A DNA stretch of 64,000 nucleotides from an uncultured Actinomycetota bacterium (GTDB taxonomy: Bacteria > Actinomycetota > CALGFH01). The notes below the pieces were generated by a model, which had not been told where the DNA came from, searched no databases, and was given only the letters and a program-made list of their open reading frames with translations. Positions 1 to 9,815 of the stretch are shown one piece after another. Position 1 is the stretch's first letter. Every line of letters starts with the position of its first letter. The translations under genes were made by a program, and so were the position numbers. The stretch covers positions 39,859 through 103,858 of the forward strand of contig CAVTCL010000018.1 in NCBI GenBank assembly GCA_963733175.1, in the 5' to 3' direction.

Positions 1-133
1 GCTCACGGGCCAGGCGGACCGCCTGCTCGCCGTCGCCGGCCTCGCCGACCACGGTGTGCCCACCCTCCTCGAGGGTCTCGACGATGTCCACCCGGATCAG
101 GACCTCGTCCTCGGCGACGAGCACACGCGCCAT
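1..133 (-). CDS. pdtaR: Response regulator N-terminal receiver domain, PdtaR/ANTAR-type (runs off window edge)
   Basis: Manual translation from ATG at 133: MARVLVAEDEVLIRVDIVETLEEGGHTVVGEAGDGEQAVRLARE, resembling actinobacterial PdtaR receivers. GGAGCAGG RBS upstream. The ANTAR domain itself would lie outside the window. Confidence 0.75.
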   Translation of the reverse strand, partial: MARVLVAEDEVLIRVDIVETLEEGGHTVVGEAGDGEQAVRLARE

Positions 134-225
134 CCTGCTCCTTCCACCAGATGCGTCGGGTAGGCATCGTAGCCCGGAAGCGGCCTGACGCGGAGTCCGA
201 TCTTCGTCCAGGGCCCGCCGGACCG

Positions 226-3200
226 TCATCCGGTGCCCTCGTGGGCCTGCTCGATGGCCGCGACCTCGGCCCGGGGGGCGACCCGCCAGAAGGCGGCGTG
301 GGTGCGCTCCCAGTCCTCCAGGATCTCGCCGGCCACCGCCGAGCCGGTCAGCTCGTGGTGGGCGACGACCAGCTCGCGCAGGAAGACCAGCTCGATCTCG
401 TCCGGCCGGCGGGCCAGCACGAGCTCGTCGTTGAGCTGGTCGAGGGCGGTGCCGTCGGGGTCGTAGAGGAACAGCTCGCCGCCGCTCATGCCGGCCCCGA
501 GGTTGCGGCCGACCGGGCCGAGCACGATCACCGACCCGCCGGTCATGTACTCGCCACCATGGTCGCCGACGCCCTCCACCACCGCGGTGGCGCCCGAGTT
601 GCGCACCGCGAAGCGCTCCCCGGCCCGCCCGGCGCAGAACAGCTCGCCCCGGGTCGCCCCGTACAGTGCCGTGTTGCCGATCAGGACCGGGGCGCCGGCG
701 TCGTCGTCCGGCGGGCGGACGACGATGCGACCGCCTCCCATCCCCTTGCCGACGTAGTCGTTGCAGGCGCCGGTGAGACGCAGGTCAATTCCCGGGGCCA
801 GGAAGGCGCCGAAGCTCTGCCCGGCCGTCCCTTCCAGCTCGATCCGGGCCCGGCCGGCGGGCGGCCGGGAGCCGAACGCCTTGCCGACGGCCACGCCGAG
901 CCGGGCCCCGACCGCCCGGTCGGTGTTGCTGATCGGGTACTGGAGGTGGACCAGGTCGCCGTCGCGGAGGCCCGGCCAGGCGTCGTCGTGGATCTGGTCG
1001 CCCAGCTCGGAGCGGGGACGCTGGATGGGGTCGGAGGCGACGAACCGCCTCGCCGGGGCGGCGCCCTCCTCGGCCCCGGTGGCCAGCAGCGGGGACAGGT
1101 CGAGGCTGTCGGCCCGGGGGTCGCCGGTGGGGCGCTGGGCGAGCAGGTCGACCCGGCCGACGGCCTCGTCCAGGCCGCGCAGCCCCAGGGAGGCCAGCAG
1201 CTCCCTGACCTCGGTGGCCACGTACTCGAGGTAGTGGACGACCATCTCGGGGGTGCCGGTGTACTTGGCTCTGAGATCCGGCCGCTGGGTGGCGATGCCG
1301 ACCGGGCAGTTGTCCTGGTGGCAGGTCCGGACCATGAGGCAGCCCTCGGCCAGCAGGGCGGCCGTGCCGAAGCCGTACTCGTCGGCCCCGAGCAGGGCCG
1401 CCACCAGCACGTCGCGGCCCGTCTTGAAGCCGCCGTCGACCCGGACCTTGCAGCGCGAGCGCAGGTTGTTGGCCACCAGGGCCTGCTGGGTCTCGGCCAG
1501 CCCCAGCTCCCAGGGCCCGCCGCCGTGCTTGATCGAGGACAGCGGGCTGGCCCCGGTGCCGCCGTCGGCACCGGAGATCATGACCACGTCGGCCAGCGAC
1601 TTCACCACCCCGGCGGCGACCGTGCCCACCCCGGCCTCGGCGACCAGCTTGACCGACACCTCGGCCTCGGGGTTGGCCTGCTTCAGGTCGAAGACGAGCT
1701 GGGCCAGGTCCTCGATGGAGTAGATGTCGTGGTGGGGCGGGGGCGAGATCAGGGCCACCCCCGGCTGGGTGTGGCGCAGGCGGGCGATCTCGCCGCTGAC
1801 CTTGTGGCCGGGGAGCTGGCCGCCCTCGCCGGGCTTGGAGCCCTGGGCGATCTTGATCTGCAGCTCGACGGCGTTGGCCAGGTAGGCCGGGGTGACCCCG
1901 AAGCGGCCGGAGGCGACCTGCTTGATGGCCGAGCTGCGCTCGGTGCCGAAGCGGGCCGGGTCCTCGCCGCCCTCGCCGCTGTTGGAGCGGCCGCCGACCC
2001 GGTTGAGGGCGATGGCCAGGGTCTCGTGGGCCTCGGGGGACAGCGACCCGAGGCTCATGGCCGCGGTCGAGAACCGGGCCAGGATGTTGGCCGCCGGCTC
2101 GACCTCCTCCAGCGGCACCGGGGGGCCGGCCGGGGTGGTGGCCAGCAGGTCGCGCAGGGCGGCCGGCCGCCGCTCGTTGACCAGGCTGGCGAAGTGCCGG
2201 TAGCGCTCGAACCCGCCCCCCTTGACCGCCTGCTGGAGCAGGTGGGCGCCGCGCTTGGAGCCCTTCATCTCGGCCCCTTCGCGGACGGTGAAGTGGAGGG
2301 CCTGCATGACCTCGGGGTTGGTGGCGTGGTACTCGCCGCCGGGGCGGTGCTTGAACCAGCCCGGGTTCTCCAGCCGCGCCACCTCGGCCTGGCCGGCCCG
2401 GTGCCGGTCCAGGGCGTCGCAGGCCAGCTCGTCGAACCCGATCCCGCCGAGCGGGGACGGGGTGCCGGCGAAGCAGAGGTCGACGACCTCCTCGTCCAGG
2501 CCGACGGCCTCGAAGATCTGGGCCCCCCGGTAGGCGTCGAGCACCGAGATGCCCATCTTGCTCATGATCTTGAACACGCCCTCCTCGAGGGCGCTGCGGT
2601 AGCGGTCCTGGGCGGCCGCCGGGTCCGGGTCGACGGTGGCCGCGGTGGCCAGGGTGAGCCGGGGGCAGATGGCGTCGGCCCCGTAGCCGAGCAGGGTGGC
2701 CGCCTGGTGGGAGTCGACCGGCTCCCCGGTGTCGGCGACCAGGCTGGTCCGGGTGGCCAGGCCCTCCCGGAGGAGCCGCTGCTGCACCGCCCCGACAGCC
2801 AGCAGCGACGGCACCGGCACGTTGTCCGGCCGTGGGCGTCCGCTCCGGCGTCCGAGACGACCAGCAGGCAGGTGCCGTCGCGGACGGCCGCGGCCGCCTC
2901 CTCGCCGAGGCGCAGGCAGGCGGCGCGCAGCCCGTCCGGCCCTTCGGCCGCCGGCCAGGTGGCGTCCAGCACCCGCGGGCACAGCCCGAGGGCCGGGTCG
3001 CCGAGGGACTCCAGCCCGTCGGGGGTGAGGAGGAAGCCGTCCAGCTCGACCATCCTGGCCGCGTCCGGCTCCTCGGTGAGCAGCGGGTGGCGGCAGCCGA
3101 GCAGCGTCCTGCTCGACAGCACGTGGCGCTCGCGCAGGTGGTCGATGGGCGGGTTGGTGACCTGGGCGAAACGCTGGCGCAGGAAGTGGCCGACCGGCCG

Positions 3201-4741
3201 GGAGGTGGCCCCGAGCACGGCCGGGGGCGTGTCGTCGCCCATGGAGGCCGTCGGCTCCTTGCCGGCGGTCGCCATCGGCCGCAGCACGGTCGTGACCAGC
3301 TCCCGGGTGAAGCCGAAGGTGGCCTGGGCGGCGACCAGGCGGCGCTCGTCGGTGGCCGCGTCGACCGGCCGGCCGGCGTCGACGGCGCGCAGGTGCTCGG
3401 CCACCCAGGCGCTCCAGGGCCGGCTGGCGGCCAGCTCGTCCTTGATCTGGCCGTCGGTGAGCAGCCCGCGCTCGGGGTCGACGCAGAGCATCTGCCCGGG
3501 CCCGAGCCGGCCCCGTTGCACCCGGCCACGGCCGGCGGTGTCGACCGCGCCGGCCTCCGACGCGCACACGACCAGGCCGTCCTCGGTGGCCTCCCAGCGC
3601 ATCGGCCGCAGCCCGTTGCGGTCCAGCGCCGCCCCGACCAGGTGGCCGTCGGTGAAGACCAGGCCGGCGGGGCCGTCCCAGGGCTCGGTCAGGCAGGCGT
3701 GGTAGCGGTAGAAGTCGCGCAGGTCCTGGCGGTCGTCTCCTGGCAGGGGCTCGACCGCCGGGACCAGCATGGCCAGGGCGTGGCGGAGGTCCCGCCCGCC
3801 CCTGACCAGCAGCTCCACCGCGTTGTCGAGCTTGCCGGAGTCGGAGCCGTCCGGGTCGAGCACCGGCCGCAGCAGGTCCTCGTCCAGCTCGCCGGCCCCC
3901 AGGTGCCCCTCCCGGGCCCGCATCCAGGCCACGTTGCCGTCGAGGGTGTTGATCTCGCCGTTGTGGCAGAGGAAGCGGAACGGCTGGGCGCGCTCCCAGG
4001 AGGGCGTGGTGTTGGTGGAGTAGCGCTGGTGGAACACGGCGAAGGCGACCGCGAAGGCGGGGTCGGCCAGGTCGGGATAGAAGGCGGCGAGCTGGTCGGC
4101 CGCGCACAGCGCCTTGTAGGTGACCGTCCGGGTCGAGCAGGAGGCGAGGTACAGGGCGACTCCGGCGGCCCGGGCGGCCGCGGCGGCCCGCCGGGCGGCC
4201 CGGAAGCAGCGGCGCTCGGCGTCCTCGGGGTCCACCGCTCCGGGACCCTCCGTCCCCGGCGACCCGGAACACGGCCTGCTCGATGGCGGGAGCGTTCGCC
4301 CTCGCCACCTCGCCGAGGGCGCCGTGGTCGACCGGGACCAGCCGCCAGCGGAGCAGCTCCAGCCGCTCGGCGACCAGCGCCTGCTCGACCAGCCGGCGGG
4401 CCTCCTTGGCCTCCTCGGGGGCGCGGGGGAGGAAGGCCATGGCCACCCCGAGCCGACCGGGGGGTCCGGGATCGGGCGCCGGCGGCCGGGGGGCCGTCGA
4501 AGAACCCGTCGGGCAGCGGGACCAGGACGCCGGCGCCGTCCCCGGTCCGGGCGTCGGCGGCCACCGCGCCCCGGTGCCGGAGGCGCTCGAGCCCGCCCAG
4601 GGCGGCGTCGAGGATGGCCCGGCTGGCGCGGCCGTGGACGTCGGCCACGAAGCCGATGCCGCAGGCGTCGCGCTCGTCGCGGCGGCGGTCGTACAGCGAC
4701 CGGCCGCGCTGGCCGGGGCCTGGCAGCAGGTGGTCCGTCAT
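226..4741 (-). CDS. gltB: Glutamate synthase large subunit (split over several frames by frameshifts)
   Basis: ERDACGIGF N-terminal nucleophile Cys; HQRYSTNT, HNGEINT and EPWDGPA in the GATase domain; IKQVASGRFGV, QGSKPGEGGQLPGHKV and CLMVRTCHQDNCPVG (3Fe-4S); C-terminal GXGXG domain. Frame changes near 4450, 4235 and 2825. Confidence 0.95.
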
Positions 4742-4787
4742 CTCGCCTCCGGAGGTACTGCTCGGGCGGCGACGGAGCCGAGCGGTG

Positions 4788-4845
4788 TGGACATCGATGT
4801 CCAGGGACACGAAAACGGCGCCGCCTGGGGCGAGCGCCGTTGCTC
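4788..4845 (-). promoter_or_regulatory. ANTAR-type dual hexaloop RNA element in the gltB leader
   Basis: Minus strand: GAGC-AACGGC-GCUC (4845-4832) and UGGAC-AUCGAU-GUCCA (4803-4788). Both are 6-nt loops with A1 and G4. Confidence 0.7.
4808..4841 (-). terminator. Terminator-like hairpin overlapping the first ANTAR hexaloop
   Basis: AACGGCGCUCGCC-CCA-GGCGGCGCCGUU followed by UUCGUG. Its 5' arm uses the loop and 3' stem of the first hexaloop, so the two folds are mutually exclusive. Confidence 0.6.
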
Positions 4846-4855
4846 TCGAACCATG

Positions 4856-4884
4856 AGCGTACGGAGGTGGGTCCAGCACGTCAA
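4856..4884 (-). promoter_or_regulatory. Sigma-A-type promoter of gltB
   Basis: TTGACG-17 bp-TACGCT on the minus strand, immediately upstream of the hexaloop leader. Confidence 0.7.
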
Positions 4885-4922
4885 CACGCTGGTGCGAGCG
4901 GTCGTCCGGCAGCCCCGGGCGG

Positions 4923-7900
4923 CTATCGGGCGCCGCCGGTCCTGGACCGCCGGGCGACCACGGCGCCGGCCCCGGCGGCCAGCGCCAGCAGCACCAGTCC
5001 CACGCCGATCAGCCGCAGCAGCGGGGCCGGGTCGAGCCGGGTCTGGGCCGGGGGGGCGGGCAGGCCGGGCACCGGCTCCAGCCGCATGGCCTGCTTGGGG
5101 ACCAGGCCGAGGCGGACGGCCAGGCGGCCCAGCGCGGCCGGCCGGGCCGGGCCGCCGTTGGCGGGCAGTTCGAGCACGGCCCGCTCGAACGGCTGGCGCA
5201 TGGCCCCGTCCGGCATCATCTGCGGGACGCCGAGAGGCCGGCCGAAGCGGTCGCGGGCCCGCCGGAAGTCCTCGGCCGACGCCGACGCCGGGTCGGTGCC
5301 CAGGTAGGCGCGGGCGATCAGCTCGTCGCTGAGCAGGGTCCGCAGCTGCCGGTTGGTCACCGGCGGCCGCACCGACGGCAGCGGGATGTTGGCGTCGGCC
5401 ACCGCCTCGATGTCCAGCTGGGCCAGCAGCGGCGGCAGCTCGATGGGCCGCACGGCCGGCGGGCCGCTGGCGGTCGGGACCGACCCCAGCACCATGGTGT
5501 CGAACGCCTGCAGGGCCGGGCCGTCGCTGGTCCAGACCGAGCCGAGCGGCCGGCCAAGGACCATCTTGCCGCCGGCCGCCCGGTAGGCGGTGTGGAAGGT
5601 CCCCGCCTGGCTGTCCACGACCCGGTAGCCGCCACAGGCCGAGCCGTTGACGTTGGAGAACAGGCCGTCGGGGACGGGGAGGCTGTCGGCGACCGGGTCG
5701 AGCGGGGCGGCGTCGACGCGCCACAGCTCCACCCCGGACAGGCTCCGCGAGGGATGGGCGGCCATCCTGGTCCCGTGCTGGCGGACCCAGGCGGCCAGCG
5801 ACGGGGTCATGGGACCGCCCCCGGCGCTCCCGCCGGTCAGCACGAAGTAGCGCACGCCGGCGGCGTGGGCGGCCGGCCCGTCGGCGAACTCGGTCACGGT
5901 GACGCCGGCGGCCAGCAGCCGGGCCCGGTCGTCGGGCCCGCTGGCGTTGACCGCCGAGCAGTCCGGCACCTGGTCGCCGACGGTGGCCACCAGCCGCCCG
6001 AGGCCGTCGTCGGCCTGGCCGCCGTACCTCGCCCCCCAGTCGACCCCCTGGGCCACGAGCAGCCCGGCCAGCGCCACCGCGACCCCGGCCCCGATCCACC
6101 GGGGCGGTACCCCGGCGGTCCCCCGGTCCCACCGGACCGCCGCGGCCGCCCAGCCGCCGGCCAGCGCCAGGCTGACGGCCGCGGCGGGCACGGCGAACGG
6201 GAGGGCCTGGGAGGCCGGGTACCCGAGCGCGACCGCCCCCACGGCCCCGGCGGCCGTGGTCAACGTCCAGGCGAGCGCCCGGGCCGGCCCGGGGTGGTCC
6301 CCCGGTGGGTCGGGGTCGGCATCCGGCCTGGCGCCGGACCGGTGGCGCCAGGCCAGGATGGCCGCGGCCAGGCCGGCGGCCACCAGCAGCCAGGTGAGCC
6401 GGTCGTCGGCCAGGGAGGCGACGACGGACCCACGCCCGGGGGGCCGGCCGAGGAGCCATGCGGCCTGCCCGGCGCCCAGCTCCTGGCCCGCCACCCAGAC
6501 CGGCAGGACCAGCCAGAGGCCGACCGCGAGCCCGAGCGCGGCCATGTCCCGCCAGGCCTCCTGGTAGCGCCCCTCCAGCAGCTCGGCCACCACCGGCACC
6601 GCCAGCACCGGCAGGGCCAGCGGGCTGACCAGCAGCGCCAGCCCCCCACCGGCGGCCACCAGCGGCAGCCACCGCAGGGTCGGCCGCGCCGGCACCCCCC
6701 AGGCCAGGGCCAGCGTCACCAGGGCGAGCACCACCGCCAGGATCGTCCCGGTCGCCGCCCGCCCGCTCCGCACGAGCACGGGGTCGAGGGCCACCAGCAG
6801 CCCCGCCAGCGCCGCTCCCCCCAGCCGCCAGAGCCGGTCGCGCCCCTGGCGTTGCGGCGGGGCCGGACCCGGCCCGGCCGCCGCACCGGTACCGGGTCCG
6901 ACCCGCATGAGGAGCAGGAAGAGCAGCACCGTCAGCCCAACCACACCCGCCAGCAGGTACCGGCTCGGCACCCTGGCGTCCCTGATCGCCCCCTCCAGCG
7001 AGGTCCCAGCCTCCGCCCCCCGCAACACCACCCCCACACCCAGCGCATACAACGGCTCGATCGGCCCCACCCGCGGGTCCTGCACCACCAGGCCGCCCTC
7101 GCTCCCCCCGGCAGCCCGCACCACCGCCACCTCACCCGCCCGGCTGTCCGGACCCCCACCCCCACGCCACCCCGCCGCCACCAACCCCACCACCGCAACC
7201 ACCAGCACCACCAGCGCCAGCAGCCCAACCCCCCCAGCCCCAACCCGTGGCGCCGCCACCCCGGCCGCCCGTGCCTGCCGCGCCTCGGCACGAGCCGCCC
7301 CCGCGCCGCCGCCCGAGCCTCGCGCTGCCGCCCAGCCTCCGCCCGGGCACCCTGCGCACCTCGGCCTGCTCGGCCCGCTTTCGCCCAGCCTCGGCGCGGT
7401 CCGCCTCCCGAGCCTGCGCCCGAGCCGCCTTGGCCTCCAGCGCGTGCCTGCCGAGCCGCGGCACTGGCGGCTCGGCGCTCCTCGCACCTGGCCACCCTGG
7501 CCGCTCGAGCCTCGGCCCGAGCCTCCCGCCGGACCTCGGCCTTCGCCGCTTTCGCCTGCCCGGCCTCCACCCGAGCCACCCGCCGGGCCTCGGCTTGGGC
7601 CGCCTTCGCCTGCCGCGCCTCTTCCTGGGCGGCGGCCCGTGCCTCCGCCTGCGCTTCTTCGCCTGGCGGGCCTCCTCCTGCGCCGCCGCCCGTGCCGCCG
7701 CTCCGCCTTGCGGGCCTCCTCCCGAGCGGCGGCCTGGGCTTCTGCCTGCGCCGCCTCACCCGGCGGCCTCCTCCGAGCGGCCGCCGGCTTCCGCCTGGGC
7801 CGCTTTGGCCTGGCGGCCCTCCTCCTGGCGGCGGCCCGTGCCTCCGCCTTGGCCGCCTTCGCCTGGCGGGCCCTCTCCTGCTCGGCCGTCCGTGCCTCCG

Positions 7901-9110
7901 CCTTGGCGGCCTTGGCCTCGCGGGACCTCTCCTGCGCGGCCTTTCGGGCGTCGGTTCGTGCCTGGCGGGATTCCGCTCGGGCGACCTGGCGGGCTTCGGC
8001 CTGGGCGGCCTTGGCCTGGCGGGATGCTTCGCGGGCTGCGGTGCGTGATTCGGCGCGGGCGGCGCGGACACGGGCGACCTCGGCGCGGGCGGCCTGGCGG
8101 GCCTCCTGGCGGGCCGCCCGCTCCTGGCGGGTCTGCTCGCGGCGGGCCTCGGCGCTGGCGGCCTTGGCCCGACCCGCCGCGGCACGGTCGGCGCGGCGTG
8201 CTTCCGCCTCGGCTTCCTTGGCCCGGCGGGCCTCGGCGCGACCCACGGTGGTGCGGCGCTTCCCGGCGGGCTGGCCGGTCTTGCCTGGGGCCTGCCGTCC
8301 CCACCGGCGCAGCCGCTCGAAGGTGGCCTCGTCCATCCCCGGCGCGACCTGGCCGGGGCCGACCACCGGTTCCAGCTCGCGCCCGCTCAGCCCGATCAGC
8401 CGCCCCGACTCGGCGACCGGCAGCCCCTGGCCGGCCACCTCCACCGCCGCGGCCGCCGCTGCCCCTTCGGCCTGGCCCGGTGCCGCGCGGTCGTCCGCCG
8501 CCTCCTCCGCCCCGGCCTCCGGCTCCTCCAACTCCCGCGCCGGCGGGGACCCCGCCTCCACCCCCTGTAGCGGCGGCTCCGCGGGAACCGGCGTCGTCGC
8601 CCCGGTGATCGCTGTCCAGAGCTCGCCGATCTGGAGGGGGCGGTAGAGGACGGCGCGTGTCGGCCCGGCGGGGACGGCCTCGGCGTGCTCGCCCTCCTGG
8701 AGGAGGACCACGGTGCGACCCAGGAACCGGCCGTCGATGACGGCGAAGGTGCGCTCGTGGAGGTTGGGGGGCATGTCGACGATGACCACGTCGGCGTGGC
8801 GGATGGCGCCGTCGAGCTCCTCGCTGTACCAGTCGAGCACCCGGACCCCGCCCGGGGTCTCGATCAGGGAGCGGAGGGCGCCGGCGAGCATGTTGTCGCG
8901 GGAGACCAGGACGACCCGGAGGGTGGGGCCCTCGGGGTCGGGAACCGGTGGGCGGGCCCGTGGGCCGGGGCCCGGGAGCGGCGGGCGCTCGGGCCCGTTG
9001 GAGCGGACCGGGCGGTCGGGCCCCGGCTCGGGGCGGGATGCGGACGGCTCGGTGGTCGAGGCGGTGCGGCCCCCGGACAGGCGCTCGACCCAGCCGCGGC
9101 GGTCGCTCAC
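4923..9110 (-). CDS. Large multidomain membrane protein: receiver-like domain, Ala/Arg/Glu-rich coiled coil, GT-C (ArnT/PMT-like) membrane region, extracellular repeats, C-terminal TM
   Basis: GTG start overlaps the sortase stop (GTGA). LRVVLVSRD...VVIVDMPP...LYRPL CheY-like pattern; AEAR/QAKAA repeats; many TM helices; two G-R-P-L-G...Q-x-F-[DE] units; TM plus basic tail. Likely local frameshifts in the repeat tract. Confidence 0.65.
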   Translation of the reverse strand: MSDRRGWVERLSGGRTASTTEPSASRPEPGPDRPVRSNGPERPPLPGPGPRARPPVPDPEGPTLRVVLVSRDNMLAGALRSLIETPGGVRVLDWYSEELDGAIRHADVVIVDMPPNLHERTFAVIDGRFLGRTVVLLQEGEHAEAVPAGPTRAVLYRPLQIGELWTAITGATTPVPAEPPLQGVEAGSPPARELEEPEAGAEEAADDRAAPGQAEGAAAAAAVEVAGQGLPVAESGRLIGLSGRELEPVVGPGQVAPGMDEATFERLRRWGRQAPGKTGQPAGKRRTTVGRAEARRAKEAEAEARRADRAAAGRAKAASAEARREQTRQERAARQEARQAARAEVARVRAARAESRTAAREASRQAKAAQAEARQVARAESRQARTDARKAAQERSREAKAAKAEARTAEQERARQAKAAKAEARAAARRRAARPKRPRRKPAAARRRPPGEAAQAEAQAAAREEARKAERRHGRRRRRRPARRRSAGGGTGRRPGRGAAGEGGPSRGPAGGSGGGRAGESGEGRGPAGGSGRGSSGQGGQVRGAPSRQCRGSAGTRWRPRRLGRRLGRRTAPRLGESGPSRPRCAGCPGGGWAAARGSGGGAGAARAEARQARAAGVAAPRVGAGGVGLLALVVLVVAVVGLVAAGWRGGGGPDSRAGEVAVVRAAGGSEGGLVVQDPRVGPIEPLYALGVGVVLRGAEAGTSLEGAIRDARVPSRYLLAGVVGLTVLLFLLLMRVGPGTGAAAGPGPAPPQRQGRDRLWRLGGAALAGLLVALDPVLVRSGRAATGTILAVVLALVTLALAWGVPARPTLRWLPLVAAGGGLALLVSPLALPVLAVPVVAELLEGRYQEAWRDMAALGLAVGLWLVLPVWVAGQELGAGQAAWLLGRPPGRGSVVASLADDRLTWLLVAAGLAAAILAWRHRSGARPDADPDPPGDHPGPARALAWTLTTAAGAVGAVALGYPASQALPFAVPAAAVSLALAGGWAAAAVRWDRGTAGVPPRWIGAGVAVALAGLLVAQGVDWGARYGGQADDGLGRLVATVGDQVPDCSAVNASGPDDRARLLAAGVTVTEFADGPAAHAAGVRYFVLTGGSAGGGPMTPSLAAWVRQHGTRMAAHPSRSLSGVELWRVDAAPLDPVADSLPVPDGLFSNVNGSACGGYRVVDSQAGTFHTAYRAAGGKMVLGRPLGSVWTSDGPALQAFDTMVLGSVPTASGPPAVRPIELPPLLAQLDIEAVADANIPLPSVRPPVTNRQLRTLLSDELIARAYLGTDPASASAEDFRRARDRFGRPLGVPQMMPDGAMRQPFERAVLELPANGGPARPAALGRLAVRLGLVPKQAMRLEPVPGLPAPPAQTRLDPAPLLRLIGVGLVLLALAAGAGAVVARRSRTGGAR

Positions 9111-9799
9111 CGTCCGGCCTCCTTGCCGCCGTCGGCCACCCTGATGGCCGACACGACCAGGTTGTCGCGGTAGCTGCCCTGGGCCCGGTCGAAGGTGCCG
9201 GCGCAGGTGATGAGGCGCAGCACCGGCGCGGTGGTGGCCCCGTAGACCTCGTCGTCCGGCAGCGACTGCTTGGGGTAGCTGGCCAGCGACTCGACCCGGA
9301 ACCGGACCACCCGGCGGTCGGCCCTGACCACCCGGATCTGGTCGCCGGGACGCAGGTCGCGGAGCCGGTAGAACACGGCCGGGCCGGTCCTGGAGTCGAC
9401 GTGGCCGGCGATCACGGCCGGCCCGAGCTGGCCTGGCTGGGGACCGCCGGTGAACCAGCCGGCGACCTGGTAGTCGTCGGGCACCTGCATGGTCCCGTCG
9501 GCTTCGAGCCCCAGCCGGACCAGGGGCGAGGACACGCCGATGGCCGGGATCTCCACCCGCACCGGCGGCGAGGAGGGCAGGCGGCGCCACGACCCGACGG
9601 GGAAGTCGATGACCTCGGTGGTCCGGGTCGGGCCGGCCGGCGGCGGGGTGGTCGCCCCGGCGACCGCCGACCGGCTGGCAGGGGGAGCGGCATGCGACAC
9701 CCGCTCCCCCTCCGGCTGGCCCGCGGCACAGCCGGCCGAACCGGCGACCAGCAGCCCCAGCACGACCACCCCCCGGCGGACCCGTTCACCCATGGTCAT
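9107..9799 (-). CDS. Class F sortase
   Basis: PVRVEIPAIGV, PGQLGPAVIAGHVDS (His), LRLITCAG (Cys), YRDN; N-terminal hydrophobic anchor with Cys. Confidence 0.9.
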   Translation of the reverse strand: MTMGERVRRGVVVLGLLVAGSAGCAAGQPEGERVSHAAPPASRSAVAGATTPPPAGPTRTTEVIDFPVGSWRRLPSSPPVRVEIPAIGVSSPLVRLGLEADGTMQVPDDYQVAGWFTGGPQPGQLGPAVIAGHVDSRTGPAVFYRLRDLRPGDQIRVVRADRRVVRFRVESLASYPKQSLPDDEVYGATTAPVLRLITCAGTFDRAQGSYRDNLVVSAIRVADGGKEAGR

Positions 9800-9815
9800 G
9801 GCACGCGAGCAACCC

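Noticed and set aside
151-3705. Very long ORFs antisense or out of frame to real genes (e.g. 151-3705+, 22218-24701+, 49599-52688+, 58231-61089+)
   Set aside because: Shadow ORFs expected at this GC content. They overlap well-conserved genes and have no recognisable motifs.
7260-8240. Repetitive GCCTCCGCC/GCCTGGCGG tract as a CRISPR array or DNA repeat element
   Set aside because: Imperfect codon-level repeats encoding Ala/Arg/Glu helices; no constant repeat with unique spacers and no cas genes.
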